DNA from: an uncultured Methylomirabilota bacterium
GTDB taxonomy: Bacteria > Methylomirabilota > Methylomirabilia > Methylomirabilales > 2-02-FULL-66-22
Direction of reading: 5' to 3'
DNA length: 64,000 nucleotides
NCBI GenBank assembly: GCA_963845565.1
Contig: CAWJSJ010000002.1
Coordinates: 2,272,001-2,336,000, forward strand
Shown: piece after piece, positions 1 through 10,685 of the stretch
Numbering within the stretch: position 1 is the first letter of the stretch
Layout of the letters: each line of letters opens with the position of its first letter
Position numbers and translations under genes: made by a program
The notes under the pieces: generated by a model
The model's database searches: none
The model's input: the letters and a program-made list of their open reading frames with translations, nothing else
What the model was told of the DNA's origin: nothing

Positions 1-2052
1 GCGGGGGTCTGGCGACATCGGACGAAGGAGGGCACCCTCATCGAGGTGGAGATCGTGTCGCACGCCCTCACCTTCGCCGACCGGAAGGCGGAACTGGTTC
101 TCGCCCAGGATGTCACCGATCGACGACGGATGGAGTGGACGCTACGCGAGAGCGAGCGAAGACTCGCCACGCTGTTCCGGTCCGTCCCTGACATGGTGGG
201 GATCGTCAGCGTAGCGGAAGGGCGGTATCTCGACGTCAATGACGGATACGGCCGGATTCTCGGGTACGCGCGCGACGAGTTGCTTGGACGGACGATCCAC
301 GAACTGGGCATCTGGGCGGATGCGCTGCCCCGCGCAACCCTCGTGGAGGCGTTGATGCGCGACGGGGCGGTGCGCAACTGGGAGATTCAATACCGGACGA
401 AGGCGGGGCGGGTGATTATCGGGCTCGTGTCCGCCGAACTGATTGACTACGCCGGCGTCCCCTGTGTGCTATCGGTGACCCGCGACGTCACCGAACGCGC
501 CCACGCCGAAACGGCTCTGCGGGCGAGCGAAGCGAAGCTGCGGAGCATCTTTCGGGCCGCGCCTGTGGGGGTTGGGGTGGTGGTCCATCGGGTGCTGAAG
601 GCTGCCAACCAGCGCCTGTGCGAGATGGTCGGGTACGCCGAGGACGAGTTGGTCAATCAAAGCGCGCGCCTGCTCTATCCCACCGACGAGGACTTCGCCA
701 TCGTCGGGCGGGACAAGTACGCCCAGATCGAGACCACGGGGGTCGGCACGGTCGAAACCCGCTGGCGGCGGAAGGACGGGGCCCTGCTCGACGTGCTGCT
801 CAGCTCGGCGCCGATTGAGCCGGACGACTGGGCGGCGGGAGTCATCTTCACGGCGCTGGACATCACGGACCGTACGCGTGCCGCAGAGGAGCGGCAGCGG
901 TTCGAGGAACAGATGCGGCATGCGCAGAAGCTGGAGAGCCTGGGGGTGCTGGCGGGGGGTATCGCACACGATTTCAACAACCTGCTGATGGCCATCCTGG
1001 GGAACGCCGATCTGGCGCTCCTGGCGCTCCCGCCCGCCTCCCCGGCCCGGCAGTACGTCCAGGAGATCGAGCGAGCGTCACGTCGCGCCGCGGACCTGTG
1101 CCGACAGATGCTGGCGTATTCCGGCAAGGGTCGCTTCGTCGTGGAGCGCCACGACCTGTCCGAGTTGGTCCGGGAGATGGCCCACATGCTGGAGGTGTCG
1201 GTGTCCAGGCGGGCCACCGTCGAGTATCGGTTCACGCCGGACCTTCCGGCGGTCGAGGCGGATGCGACGCAGTTGCGTCAGATCGTCATGAACCTGATGA
1301 CCAACGCGTCAGAGGCCTTGGGCGATCGACGCGGCACCATCACGGTCACCACCGGGACGCGAAGATTCGACCGGGCCTTCCTGCGCGAGAGTCTCCTGGG
1401 GGCGGATCTCGCCGAGGGAGAATACGTGTATCTCGAGGTCGCCGACACCGGGTGCGGCATGGATGCCGCAACCCGGGAGCGGATTTTCGACCCCTTCTTC
1501 ACGACGAAGTTTGCGGGCAGAGGGTTAGGGCTGGCGGCGGTGCTCGGGATCGTCCGCGGCCACGGCGGAGCCATTCGTGTGCAAAGCGCACCGGCGCAGG
1601 GCTCCACGTTCACCGTGCTCCTTCCGGCGGTCCCCGGCGTCGTCCGCGCGGAGACGCGCCGCGCCGGCGCGGACGCGGACTGGCAGGGGGCGGGCACGGT
1701 GCTGCTGGTGGACGACGAGGAGGCGGTGCGGACCGTCGGGGCGCGGATGCTCGAATGGTCGGGGTTCCAGGTGCTGACCGCCGGCGACGGGGACGAGGCG
1801 CTCGCGGCGTACCGGCAGCACGCCGACGCCATCGTGTGCGTGCTCCTCGATCTGACCATGCCGGGTCTGAGCGGCGAAGAGACGTTCGCCGAGCTGCGTC
1901 GCGTGCGAGGCGATGTCCGGGTGGTTCTCTCCAGCGGCTACGATGCGGACGAGGTCGCAGGCCGATTCGAAGGCCGCGGTCCGGACGGCTTCATCCAGAA
2001 GCCGTACACGATGGAAGCGTTGCGGGATACCCTTCGACGCGCGCTCGCCTGA
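1..2052 (+). CDS. Hybrid PAS-domain sensor histidine kinase/response regulator (5'-truncated by window)
   Basis: Frame is open from base 1. PAS/PAC repeats, H-box 'LAGGIAHDFNNLL', ATPase 'FDPFFTTK..GRGLGLA', C-terminal receiver 'VLLVDDE...LDLTMP...FIQKP'. Confidence 0.95.
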   Translation, partial: AGVWRHRTKEGTLIEVEIVSHALTFADRKAELVLAQDVTDRRRMEWTLRESERRLATLFRSVPDMVGIVSVAEGRYLDVNDGYGRILGYARDELLGRTIHELGIWADALPRATLVEALMRDGAVRNWEIQYRTKAGRVIIGLVSAELIDYAGVPCVLSVTRDVTERAHAETALRASEAKLRSIFRAAPVGVGVVVHRVLKAANQRLCEMVGYAEDELVNQSARLLYPTDEDFAIVGRDKYAQIETTGVGTVETRWRRKDGALLDVLLSSAPIEPDDWAAGVIFTALDITDRTRAAEERQRFEEQMRHAQKLESLGVLAGGIAHDFNNLLMAILGNADLALLALPPASPARQYVQEIERASRRAADLCRQMLAYSGKGRFVVERHDLSELVREMAHMLEVSVSRRATVEYRFTPDLPAVEADATQLRQIVMNLMTNASEALGDRRGTITVTTGTRRFDRAFLRESLLGADLAEGEYVYLEVADTGCGMDAATRERIFDPFFTTKFAGRGLGLAAVLGIVRGHGGAIRVQSAPAQGSTFTVLLPAVPGVVRAETRRAGADADWQGAGTVLLVDDEEAVRTVGARMLEWSGFQVLTAGDGDEALAAYRQHADAIVCVLLDLTMPGLSGEETFAELRRVRGDVRVVLSSGYDADEVAGRFEGRGPDGFIQKPYTMEALRDTLRRALA

Positions 2053-2120
2053 CCGTTCCGCGGGATGAGCGCGACCACATACACGGAGGGCATTTCTCAG
2101 AGCGGACGAAGGCGCGGTAC

Positions 2121-5090
2121 ATGGCTGAGACTTTGCGGGGGCCGGACGGCGTTCTTCGGGCGCTGATCCAAGCATCGCCGTTGGCGATTGTTGCCGTCGA
2201 TTGCGATGCGAAGGTGACGGTGTGGAACCCGGCCGCGCAGCGCATCTTCGGCTGGAGCGAAGCGGACGTGCTGGGCAAGCCGCCCCCCTATCGGCCCGAG
2301 AGCGCGCGGGAGGCGCTTCGCCGGGGGACAGCGCCTGACCTGCGGGGTGCGAGCGGTGTCGGGCTGGACGTGCGCCGCCAGCGGCGCGATGGCGCCATGA
2401 TCGAGGTCCGCCTGTGGACGACGCCGGTACGGGACGCCGCCGGCCAGGTCGTCGGCGCGCTGGAGTTCGTGGAGGACATCACTGCGCGAATGCGCACCGC
2501 GGCGGCGCTGCGCGACAGCGAGGTGCAGCGGGCAGCGGTGCTCCGTGCCGTGCCCGTGGTCCTGTACCGCGCCAGCACGGCCGGCGAACATGACAGCCTG
2601 TGGGTCAGCGAGAACGTCGAGCGGCTCACCGGCTTTGCCGCCGGGCGGTTCACGGACACCCCTGGCTTCTGGGCCTCGCGCCTGCATCCGGACGACCGGG
2701 CGACCGCGTTGCGGGTATCCGGCACCCTGACGGAGGCCGCGGCGACGACCATGCAATACCGCTGGCAACGCGCCGACGGCACCTACCGCTGGCTCCTCGA
2801 CCAGGCACACCTCGTGCGGCAGCCCGATGGGACCGCAGAGTTGCTGGGGACCTGGCTCGACATCACTGAACGCCGACAGGCGGACGAGACGCTGGTCCGA
2901 CGGACGACGCAAATCGAGGCCGTCCGCGCCATCAGCGCCGAGGTCACACGGGAGCTGAATCTGGTGGCGCTGTCGGACCTGATCCACCGGCGTGCGATGG
3001 AGTTGGTCGGCGCGAGCGGGGGATCGTTGTTCCTCTGGGACGAGACGGCCCGCCGACTGGTGCCGCAGGTCTGGCACGGCCTGCCGGACGGCTTGGGGGC
3101 GCTGGCGCTCGCGCCGGGAGAGGGCGTCTGCGGGGTGGTCGCGGAGCGGGGTGAGGGGATGATCGTCAACGACTACCGGACCTCGCCGTACGCCCACCCT
3201 CGATTCCGCGGGCGAGGCCGCGCTCACCGCCGTCCTGGCCGAACCGCTGCGCTTCCGCAAGCGCCTGATCGGGGTGATTGTGGTGAACCACCAGGCGGAC
3301 GGGCGAGGCTTCGGCGAGGACGATCAGCAACTCCTGCGCCTGTTCGCCGACCAGGCGACCATCGCCATCGAAAACGCCCGCCTGTACGCGGAGGCGGAGC
3401 GCCAGCGGCGCGAGGGCGAGGTGGTGGCGGCGATTGCGCAACGCATCACCGCGACGCTGGATCTCGACGTGGTCCTGCAGGACGTCACGGAGGAGGCGCG
3501 ACGCCTGTGCGGAAGCGACCTGGCCCAGATCGCGCTCCGCGACGCGTCGACGGATACGCTGGCGTTTCGCTACCGAGCCGGGGCGCATGCGGAACGACTC
3601 CACGCGGCATCGCATTGAGCGAGGGAAGGGCGTTGGGGGGCGAGTGTTGCTCACGGGGCAGCCGTTCCGGACCGCCGACTATGCGAGGGACCCTCGGATC
3701 ACGAAGGATTACCTGGCCAACACACGCGCCGAGGGCGTGGTGGCGGAACTGGCGGTGCCCATCCGGACCGGGGAACACTTGGAAGGCGTGCTCTTCGTTG
3801 ACAACCGGTCACCGCGCGCGTTCGCCGACCGCGACGAACGGACGTTGCTCCGCCTCGCCGATCATGCCGCCATCGCCATCAGAAATGCCCGGCTGCATGC
3901 GACAGCCGTCGAGCGGGCACAGCAGCTCGAGACCCTGCACCGGGCGGCGCTGGCGCTGACGACGGAGCTGGACCCGCGTGAGGTCGCCCGGAGGATTCTC
4001 GAGGGCGTCCAGTCTGTTGTTCCCGGGGGCCGCGGGGCGCTTGCTCGAACAGGCGGACGGGGGCGAGACGTTGCGGGTGGTGGCGAGCATCGGCCTGCAG
4101 CGGCCGGATCTCGCCCAGGCGTCGCGCCTGCGCCCCGGGGAAGGTCTGGCCGGACTCGCCGCCGCGACCCGCCGGCCCGTCATCAGCGAGGCGATCGCGG
4201 AGGATGTGCGATTCGTGAACCGCGCGTGGGCGGCCGCCGAAGGGTTCGGATCGGGCATCCTTTTCCCGCTCCTGCACGGTGAGCGCGTCACCGGCATCCT
4301 GTCCGTGTTTCTCCGGCGGCGTCACATCTTTACAGAGGAAGAAGTGGACCTCGTGCAGGTACTGGCCGCGCACGCCGGCATCGCCCTGGAGAATGCCCGG
4401 CTCTTCGAGGAAGCGCGCGTCGGGCGGGCGCGACTGCTGAGCCTGACCGCACAGGTGGTCTCGGCGCAAGAAGACGAGCGCCGCCGCCTGTCGCGCGAGC
4501 TGCACGACGAGGCCGGGCAGGCCTTGACGGCGCTCCGGATCAGTCTCGGCCTGATGACCGACGAGGTGCCCGCCGACGCCGCGGCGCTCCGGCACCGCCT
4601 CGCCGAGGCAGCGACCCTCACGGACGCGGTGACCGACCAGGTCCGACAGATCGCCCAGGCGCTCCGGCCCCCGGCCCTCGATGCCCTGGGCGTGAACGCG
4701 GCCCTCGAAGGCTGCTGCAGGGACTTCAGCCGGCGGGCCCAGCTGACCGTCGAGTACACGGGCACGGACCTGCCCTTGCCGCGGGAGACCATCGGAATCC
4801 AACTGTACCGCGTGCTGCAGGAGGCGCTGACGAACGTCGCCAAGCACGCACGCGCGCGTCGCGTGCAGGTCCGGCTGGAACCCATGGACGGCATGATCCA
4901 ACTCGTCGTCGAGGACGACGGGGCGGGATTCGACCCGGAGGCCTGGGCGGGTCACCGATCCGGCATGGGCATCGGGCTGATCGGCATGCGAGAGCGGATC
5001 GAGCAACTCCAGGGGCGCCTGGAGATCGCCTCGCAGCCAGGGCGAGGCACCCGCCTCGTGGCCCGCATCCCCGCCCCGGAGAAGCCATGA
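2121..5090 (+). CDS. PAS-PAS-GAF-GAF-GAF NarX-type (HisKA_3) sensor histidine kinase, split by three +1 frameshifts (~3210, ~3605, ~4025)
   Basis: Joins ORF pieces from ATG 2121, 3274-3618, 3434-4282 and 3978-5090. GAF ends 'AIAIENARL' occur three times. H-box 'RRRLSRELHDEAGQAL', 'EALTNVAKHA', 'EDDGAGF', 'GLIGMRER'. Confidence 0.88.
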
Positions 5091-5742
5091 TCCGCGTCGT
5101 CCTCGCCGACGATCACGCACCTGGTCCGCCAAGGCCTCCGCGCCCTCCTCGAGAGAGCCGGCGACATCGAGGTGGTGGGGGAGGCGGCCGACGGCCAGGA
5201 GGCCCTCGAGGTGGTCGAGCGCCTGCTTGCCCGACGTGCTGCTGGTCGACATCGCGATGCCCCACCTGAACGGAGTGGAAGCCGTCGGCCGCCTGCGCGG
5301 CCTCAAAGTGAAAACCCGGGCGTTGATCCTCTCCATGTACACCGACGACACGCTGGTCCGCCAGGCCCTCCGGAATGGCGCGAACGGCTATCTGCTCAAG
5401 CGGGCGGTCGCCGACGAGCTCCTCCTGGCGGTCCGCGCGGTCGCCCGGGGCGACACCTACCTCAGCCCCGAGGTGGCCGGCCCCCTCCTCACCCCGCTCG
5501 TCGCGGGCCTGCCAGGCGGGGAGGCCGCAACTCCCCTCGACCGCCTCACCGCCCGGGAACGGGAAGTCCTCCAACTGATCGCCGAGGGCCACACCAACCA
5601 CGAGATCGCCGCCCATCTGACCCTCAGCGAGAAGACCGTCGAGAAACACCGCGGCCACCTCATGGCCAAGCTCGCCGTCCACGACACCGCCGCCCTCGTC
5701 CGCTTCGCCATCAAGCACGGCCTGGTCGCGCTGGACGCGTAA
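5087..5742 (+). CDS. NarL/LuxR-family response regulator copy 1, with two +1 frameshifts (~5117, ~5227)
   Basis: ATGA overlap with the kinase stop. 'MIRVVLADDH', 'LTAREREVLQLIAEG', HTH 'SEKTVEKHRGHLMAKL'. Aligns along its full length to the intact copy at 9539-10192. Confidence 0.9.
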
Positions 5743-6058
5743 CCGCCCCGCTGTCTGCGGCTGCGCCCGGGTCGCTGGGAAACGCGCAGAGCGCATAGCG
5801 TCCGCCCCTTGCCCCTGCGCTAGGCGCTTTGCCGTTCGCTGCCCGCTGCCGCCGCCAGCTCTCTCCGCTCCCTGGTCCTCTTCTTAAAGAAGGAGGGGAA
5901 GGCCCGATAGACAGGCACGTGTCGGTGGGAAAATGCACGGGATTCTCAGCGCCGTGCGACGCGGGGGAAAAGGCTGGTCGTGAGCGGGGATCCGCTGGTC
6001 CCGTCGCAGATCGCCCTCAGGCGACTCGACTCGAGAGCCAACCCCCAGGAGGCGTGCG

Positions 6059-6865
6059 ATGGCGGTGGCAGGGCCGGACTCTTCCGTCCGGGTGCAGTGG
6101 GCTCGGGTGACCCGGGAATCGTCCGGCGACTTCGGAGTCGATCGCCCAGAGGCGCCTCCGGCCCGGGGTCGCCTCCCGGCCGAACGGACCCTGGCCGACA
6201 TCCTCGGCGTGGGGCGCCCGACCATGCGGGAGGCGCTCCGGGTGACCGAGGCGATGGGACTGCTCGTCGTGCGTCCCGGGGAGGGCACTGATCAGCCGGC
6301 CCCGCGGCGGTGCCGCCCACCATCGGGCGAGTCGGACCTCAATCGGCCGGGCGACCTGCTCAGCCTCTCCGAGCTTCGCATGGCGGCGAGCCGGGCCAGG
6401 CCGCGCTGGCGGCGCGGCGCGGCGCGCCCGAGGCGCTCGCGCAGATGCGGACCATCCTGTCCGCGAGCGCGCTAGCGCGGCAGCAGGGAGCCGCGGGGCG
6501 GCAGAAGGCACAGACTTTCATTGCTCGATCGCGGAAGTCGACCGGCAATACCCGCTGTCGTCGGGCTCATGCGGAGCACGACGTTAACATTACAGGAAAC
6601 GCGAGACGCGGTGCTGCGGTACGACGGCCGCCCCGCCCGCTCCCTCCGAGAACATCTCGCGGTCTTTGCGGCGATCGAAGAGCGGAATCCGACCTCGCCA
6701 AGCGGCGCATGCTCGACCCACATTCGGAGCGTTGAGCGCGTCCTGTTTGCGGCACACGCGGTCGGCCACGCTCTCGCAGCCTGCTGGGTACTGGAACAGG
6801 GAGAGATCCTCCCCTTAGCGACGCACCGTCCCCCGCGCGGTGGGCAGGGAGGTTTGCTCCGATGA
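6059..6865 (+). pseudogene. GntR/FadR-family transcriptional regulator, multiply frameshifted (or miscalled)
   Basis: GGAGG RBS before ATG 6059. wHTH 'RLPAERTLADILGVGRPTMREALRV..AMGLLVVRPGEGT' and FCD-like 'EHLAVFAAIEERNP' lie in different frames. The end is approximate. Confidence 0.8.
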
Positions 6866-6928
6866 GAATCCGATGGTGAGAATCACGACGATGGCTCTCG
6901 AATCGGCGAACACAAAGGAGGCTCACAT

Positions 6929-9268
6929 ATGTCGGCGAGATCACGAGGCGGGCAAGGTCTTATAGGCGCGCGCGCTCGACGACGGCCATCCTCGCACCTC
7001 AGCTCGACGTCGCTGGCCGCGTGTCCCGCGTGGAGATCACGGAACGCGCTTGTTCGCAGGCGGCATGGCATTTGGTGACGTGGGTCCGTACGAGAAGATC
7101 AGGGGCCGCCTCGACCATCGCCGCGGGCACCCGACAAGAAGTACAACCGGCAGATCGTGGACCTCCAACTGGCCAAGAAGAAACGAGCCTGCGGCAGGAC
7201 GTCTCGGTAGTGCATGACACCGGGCCCACCCGCTACGTCGAGGAGATCGTCGGCGGCGACGCCGGAAACGCGAAGGGTGAAGTGGAGTTCCGGGGCGACT
7301 TCCTCGCTGAAACTGTCGATCCGAGCAAGGGAATCGACCGCCTCCGCATGACGTCAACAACCGGGGGAGTTTGCGCGCCCTTGAGTACTACAACAATGCG
7401 CCGAGCACCAACAACCCGACGACGGCCGCGCACGCCGGGCAACGGCTGGCCGATGCGCCAGGCTACTCCCGCTATGGACGGGCTGGAATCGGACGTGGAG
7501 AACCGAGTTCGACGATCCGCCGCAGCGCATCTGACCTCCCGATCGTCGTGCAACCCCGATGGCAGCCGCTCGTGGAGTGGATCAATGTGGAGCTGACGAT
7601 CCAGGTGAAGGACGGTGCGAAGGCGACTGGTCGGCCTGGGGCGGCAGCCGCTGCTACCTGGTTGCCGATGATGCGACGAGCAGCAGCAGGCCGTCATGAC
7701 CGAGCGCGACGTGCCCGACGTCGATGTCATCGGCCGCGGCAGGAGTCCGCGTGCGGGACTGGAGTTCGCCGTTGGTCACCGATGGTGCGAGCACGACCGT
7801 CGTGAATGAGCCCGCCAACGCGGTGTCGTACTCCGAGGGCTTCACGAAGGGGAAGATCTACGAGGTGCTCGTACTGCGCGAAGAACCCCCGGGTTGTGGG
7901 CCTGGGCCTCGCCGGCATCCGCGATGCCATCTCGTTCTTCCACTTCGAGACACAGGATGACTTCGGAATCCGAACCGTTGACACTGGCCAAGGGCAAGAA
8001 CCTCCGGGCCGACCCGAAGTACGCCTATATCTTCGGCATCTCGCAGTCGGGCCGGGTCATCAACACCATGATCGACCAGGGCTTCCATGTGGACGAGAAG
8101 GGCCGCATGGTCTTCGAAGGCGCGCGCCCCGACGTCCCAGGCGGCGGCAAGGGACCCTTCAACGACCCGCTGGGCGCAGACGACGCATCACCCTAAGCAC
8201 ATCGAGGGGAACGACTTCGCGGCCGATCGACTTCCCCTTCAACTTCACCCGCAACGGGCGGCACCAGCTCGATCCGTATCAGCCCGTGGAGTTGGGCGAT
8301 GTCCTCGCCGTGGCGAAGCGGTTGGGCAGCGGGTGCCGAAGATCATGTTGACCAACCACGAAACCGAGTACTGGACCCGGCGGCCTCGCTGGTCCACACC
8401 GACGTCTCGGGGACCGAGGACGCGTTGGACTACACATCCCGATGTTCGTTTCGATGCCGTCAACGGCTCACAGCATGGCTCGCCAAGCGCCACGAGCAAA
8501 CGGACGAATCTGAACGACCAGCACTCGGACGGCTTCGTCGAGCATCGGCCGGTGGGCCGTGCCCTCCTCGTCGCACTCGACAACTGGGTCACGAAGCGCA
8601 TCGAGCCGCCGCCGACGACCGTCCCGCTGATCGCCAAGGACGAGATGTTGACGGCGACCGAGCACAAGGCGAGGTTCCCACGGATTCCCGCGTACAGCGT
8701 CAACGGCGTGACCTTCCCGGCCACGCGGCATCCCGGCACCTACCTCAAGCCACCGCGGGCCGACTATGGGCCGGACTTCTTCATGCCTGACCCTTCGCGG
8801 GGCGGCCAGGTCCCCGTCGCCTACCCCGGGATCCAGACCAACGTGCCGCCCAAGTACTTCGGGCCACCCTTCGAGACGCGCGTCCCCGCGTTCGACCGCG
8901 ATGGCAATGGGATCGGCGGCATTCGGATGCCGGAACTAACCGTGCCGCTCGGCACGTACCAGGGCTGGAATCCCCGATGTGATGCCTGCGGAGCGTCGAA
9001 CTTCATCCAGCCGTTCAACGTCTCCTTCTGGCCCTTCCCGGCGACCGAAGCCGAGCGCGCGACGAAGGCCGACCCGCGTCCCTCGATTGAGGTGCGCTAC
9101 GCGAACAAGGCCGACTACGTGGCGAAGGTGACGGCGGCGGTCCAACAGTTGCGAGCGCAAGGGTTTATGCTCGAAGAGGACGAGACGGCAGCGATCCAAT
9201 TCGCTGAGAAGCTTGCCTGGCCGCCCGTCCCCACAGACCTATATCCTTTCTGGAAGGTGGAGCCGTAG
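6929..9268 (+). pseudogene. Probably secreted alpha/beta-hydrolase domain protein (Abhydrolase_10-like); 5' two-thirds heavily frameshifted
   Basis: AAGGAGG RBS before ATG 6929. Motifs across frames: 'RVEITER..FAGGMAFGDVGPYEKIRGRL', 'YIFGISQSGR' (GxSxxG nucleophile), 'DRDGNGIGGIRMPELTVPLGTYQGWN', 'DPRPSIEVRY'. Confidence 0.75.
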
Positions 9269-9291
9269 GTTCCCCTGGAACCGCACGACAA

Positions 9292-9329
9292 CACTCACGA
9301 GCGCCGGGTCTCCTCGGCGCTCGTGAGTG
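9292..9329. repeat. Perfect 15-bp-stem hairpin (CACTCACGAGCGCCG-N8-CGGCGCTCGTGAGTG); related copy at 12461
   Basis: Read directly; lies 23 nt after the hydrolase stop codon. Confidence 0.85.
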
Positions 9330-9538
9330 GGTTCAAACGCGTGGAGATCGTTAAAGGCACCGGAATGGTCCGCCAAGCACGGGGTAAATCAGTGAGGATG
9401 GGAAAGAAAAACGTTTGAGTTGAGCAGTCAACAAGAGGGCAAGGTGCGCAGGGAGCCATCGTGAGCCGGCTCTCTGCCTCTTCCGGAAAACCAGATGGCT
9501 GAGATGCTCGTTTCTGTGACTCCCGTCGGCGGTTTCCC

Positions 9539-10192
9539 ATGATCCGCGTCGTTCTCGCCGACGATCACCACCTGGTCCGCCAAGGCCTCCGCGCTCTCCT
9601 GGAGAAGGCCGGCGATATCGAGGTGGTGGGGGAGGCGGCCGACGGCCAGGAGGCCGTCGCACTGGTCGAGCGCCTCTTACCCGAGGTGCTGCTGATCGAC
9701 ATTGCGATGCCCCACCTGAACGGGGTGGAGGCTGTCGGCCGCCTGCGCGGCCTCAAAGTGAAAACCCGGGCGTTGATCCTCTCCATGTACACGGACGACA
9801 CGCTGGTCCGCCAGGCCCTCCGGAACGGGGCGAAGGGGTACGTCCTTAAACGTGCGGTCTCCGAGGAACTCCTCCTGGCGGTCCGCGCGGTCGCCCGGGG
9901 GGACACCTACCTCAGCCCCGAGGTGGCCGGCCCCCTCCTCACCCCGCTCGTCGCGGGCCCGCCGGGCGGGGAGGCCGCAACCCCCCTCGACCGCCTGACC
10001 TCCCGGGAGCGAGAGGTCCTTCAACTCATCGCCGAGGGCCACACCAACCGCGAGATCGCCGCCCATCTGACCCTCAGCGAGAAGACCGTCGAGAAACACC
10101 GCGGCCACCTCATGGCCAAGCTGCGGACCCACGACACCGCCGCCCTCGTTCGTTTCGCCATCAAACACGGCCTGGTCGCACTGGACGCGTGA
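9539..10192 (+). CDS. NarL/LuxR-family response regulator copy 2 (intact)
   Basis: 217 aa, receiver (DDH, DIAMP, K) plus LuxR HTH. Confidence 0.96.
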   Translation: MIRVVLADDHHLVRQGLRALLEKAGDIEVVGEAADGQEAVALVERLLPEVLLIDIAMPHLNGVEAVGRLRGLKVKTRALILSMYTDDTLVRQALRNGAKGYVLKRAVSEELLLAVRAVARGDTYLSPEVAGPLLTPLVAGPPGGEAATPLDRLTSREREVLQLIAEGHTNREIAAHLTLSEKTVEKHRGHLMAKLRTHDTAALVRFAIKHGLVALDA

Positions 10193-10685
10193 CCGCCCCG
10201 GCCTGCCGGGCCACGCGCGAAGCGCATGGCGCATGGCGCCCCTTGGCCCTTTGCCTGCCCGCTCTTCTCACGCGCTTCCTAATCGACCAATAGACGCCTC
10301 GACTGTTTGACATGTCGCTTCCTGCCAGCTGCCCCTTGCCGCCTGCCAGCTTCTTTTCCCGTCCCTGGGGTCATTTTTCTTCGGAAAGAAGGGGAAGACC
10401 CCATGGGAAATCGGCTCGAGATGGACTAAATTTTTGACAATAGACAGAGGAGGGGTCTCCTGGGTTGGACCGTCAGATCGAAGCGGCAACCGTGGTCTAC
10501 GATAGATCATAAACTCCGTCATGCCTGCCTTCGCGAAAGGCGGCAAAGTTCTCCCGAAAAATGGGGAGGAGGTCTCCGGGATCACAAAGGAAGGGAGGTG
10601 ATTTTCGTACAGATCTGAGAACTCGCACGGAACAAAATGACGCCGTTGCGAACTCTTCACGCAGGAAAACAGAAGGGGGATTCAC

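Noticed and set aside
1098..2120. 5' extension of the 953-aa ORF
   Set aside because: Overlaps the hybrid kinase in another frame; the PAS-like sequence starts at ATG 2121.
9270..9340. Hairpins after cargo genes as integron attC sites
   Set aside because: No RYYYAAC/GTTRRRY boxes, no extrahelical bases and no integrase in the window.
10480..10560. Possible c-di-GMP-I riboswitch upstream of the LVIVD gene
   Set aside because: GGCAAA, GAAA and GGTTGCC fragments are not in the right order on one strand. It looks more like a degenerate GTCATGCCTGC-type palindromic repeat.
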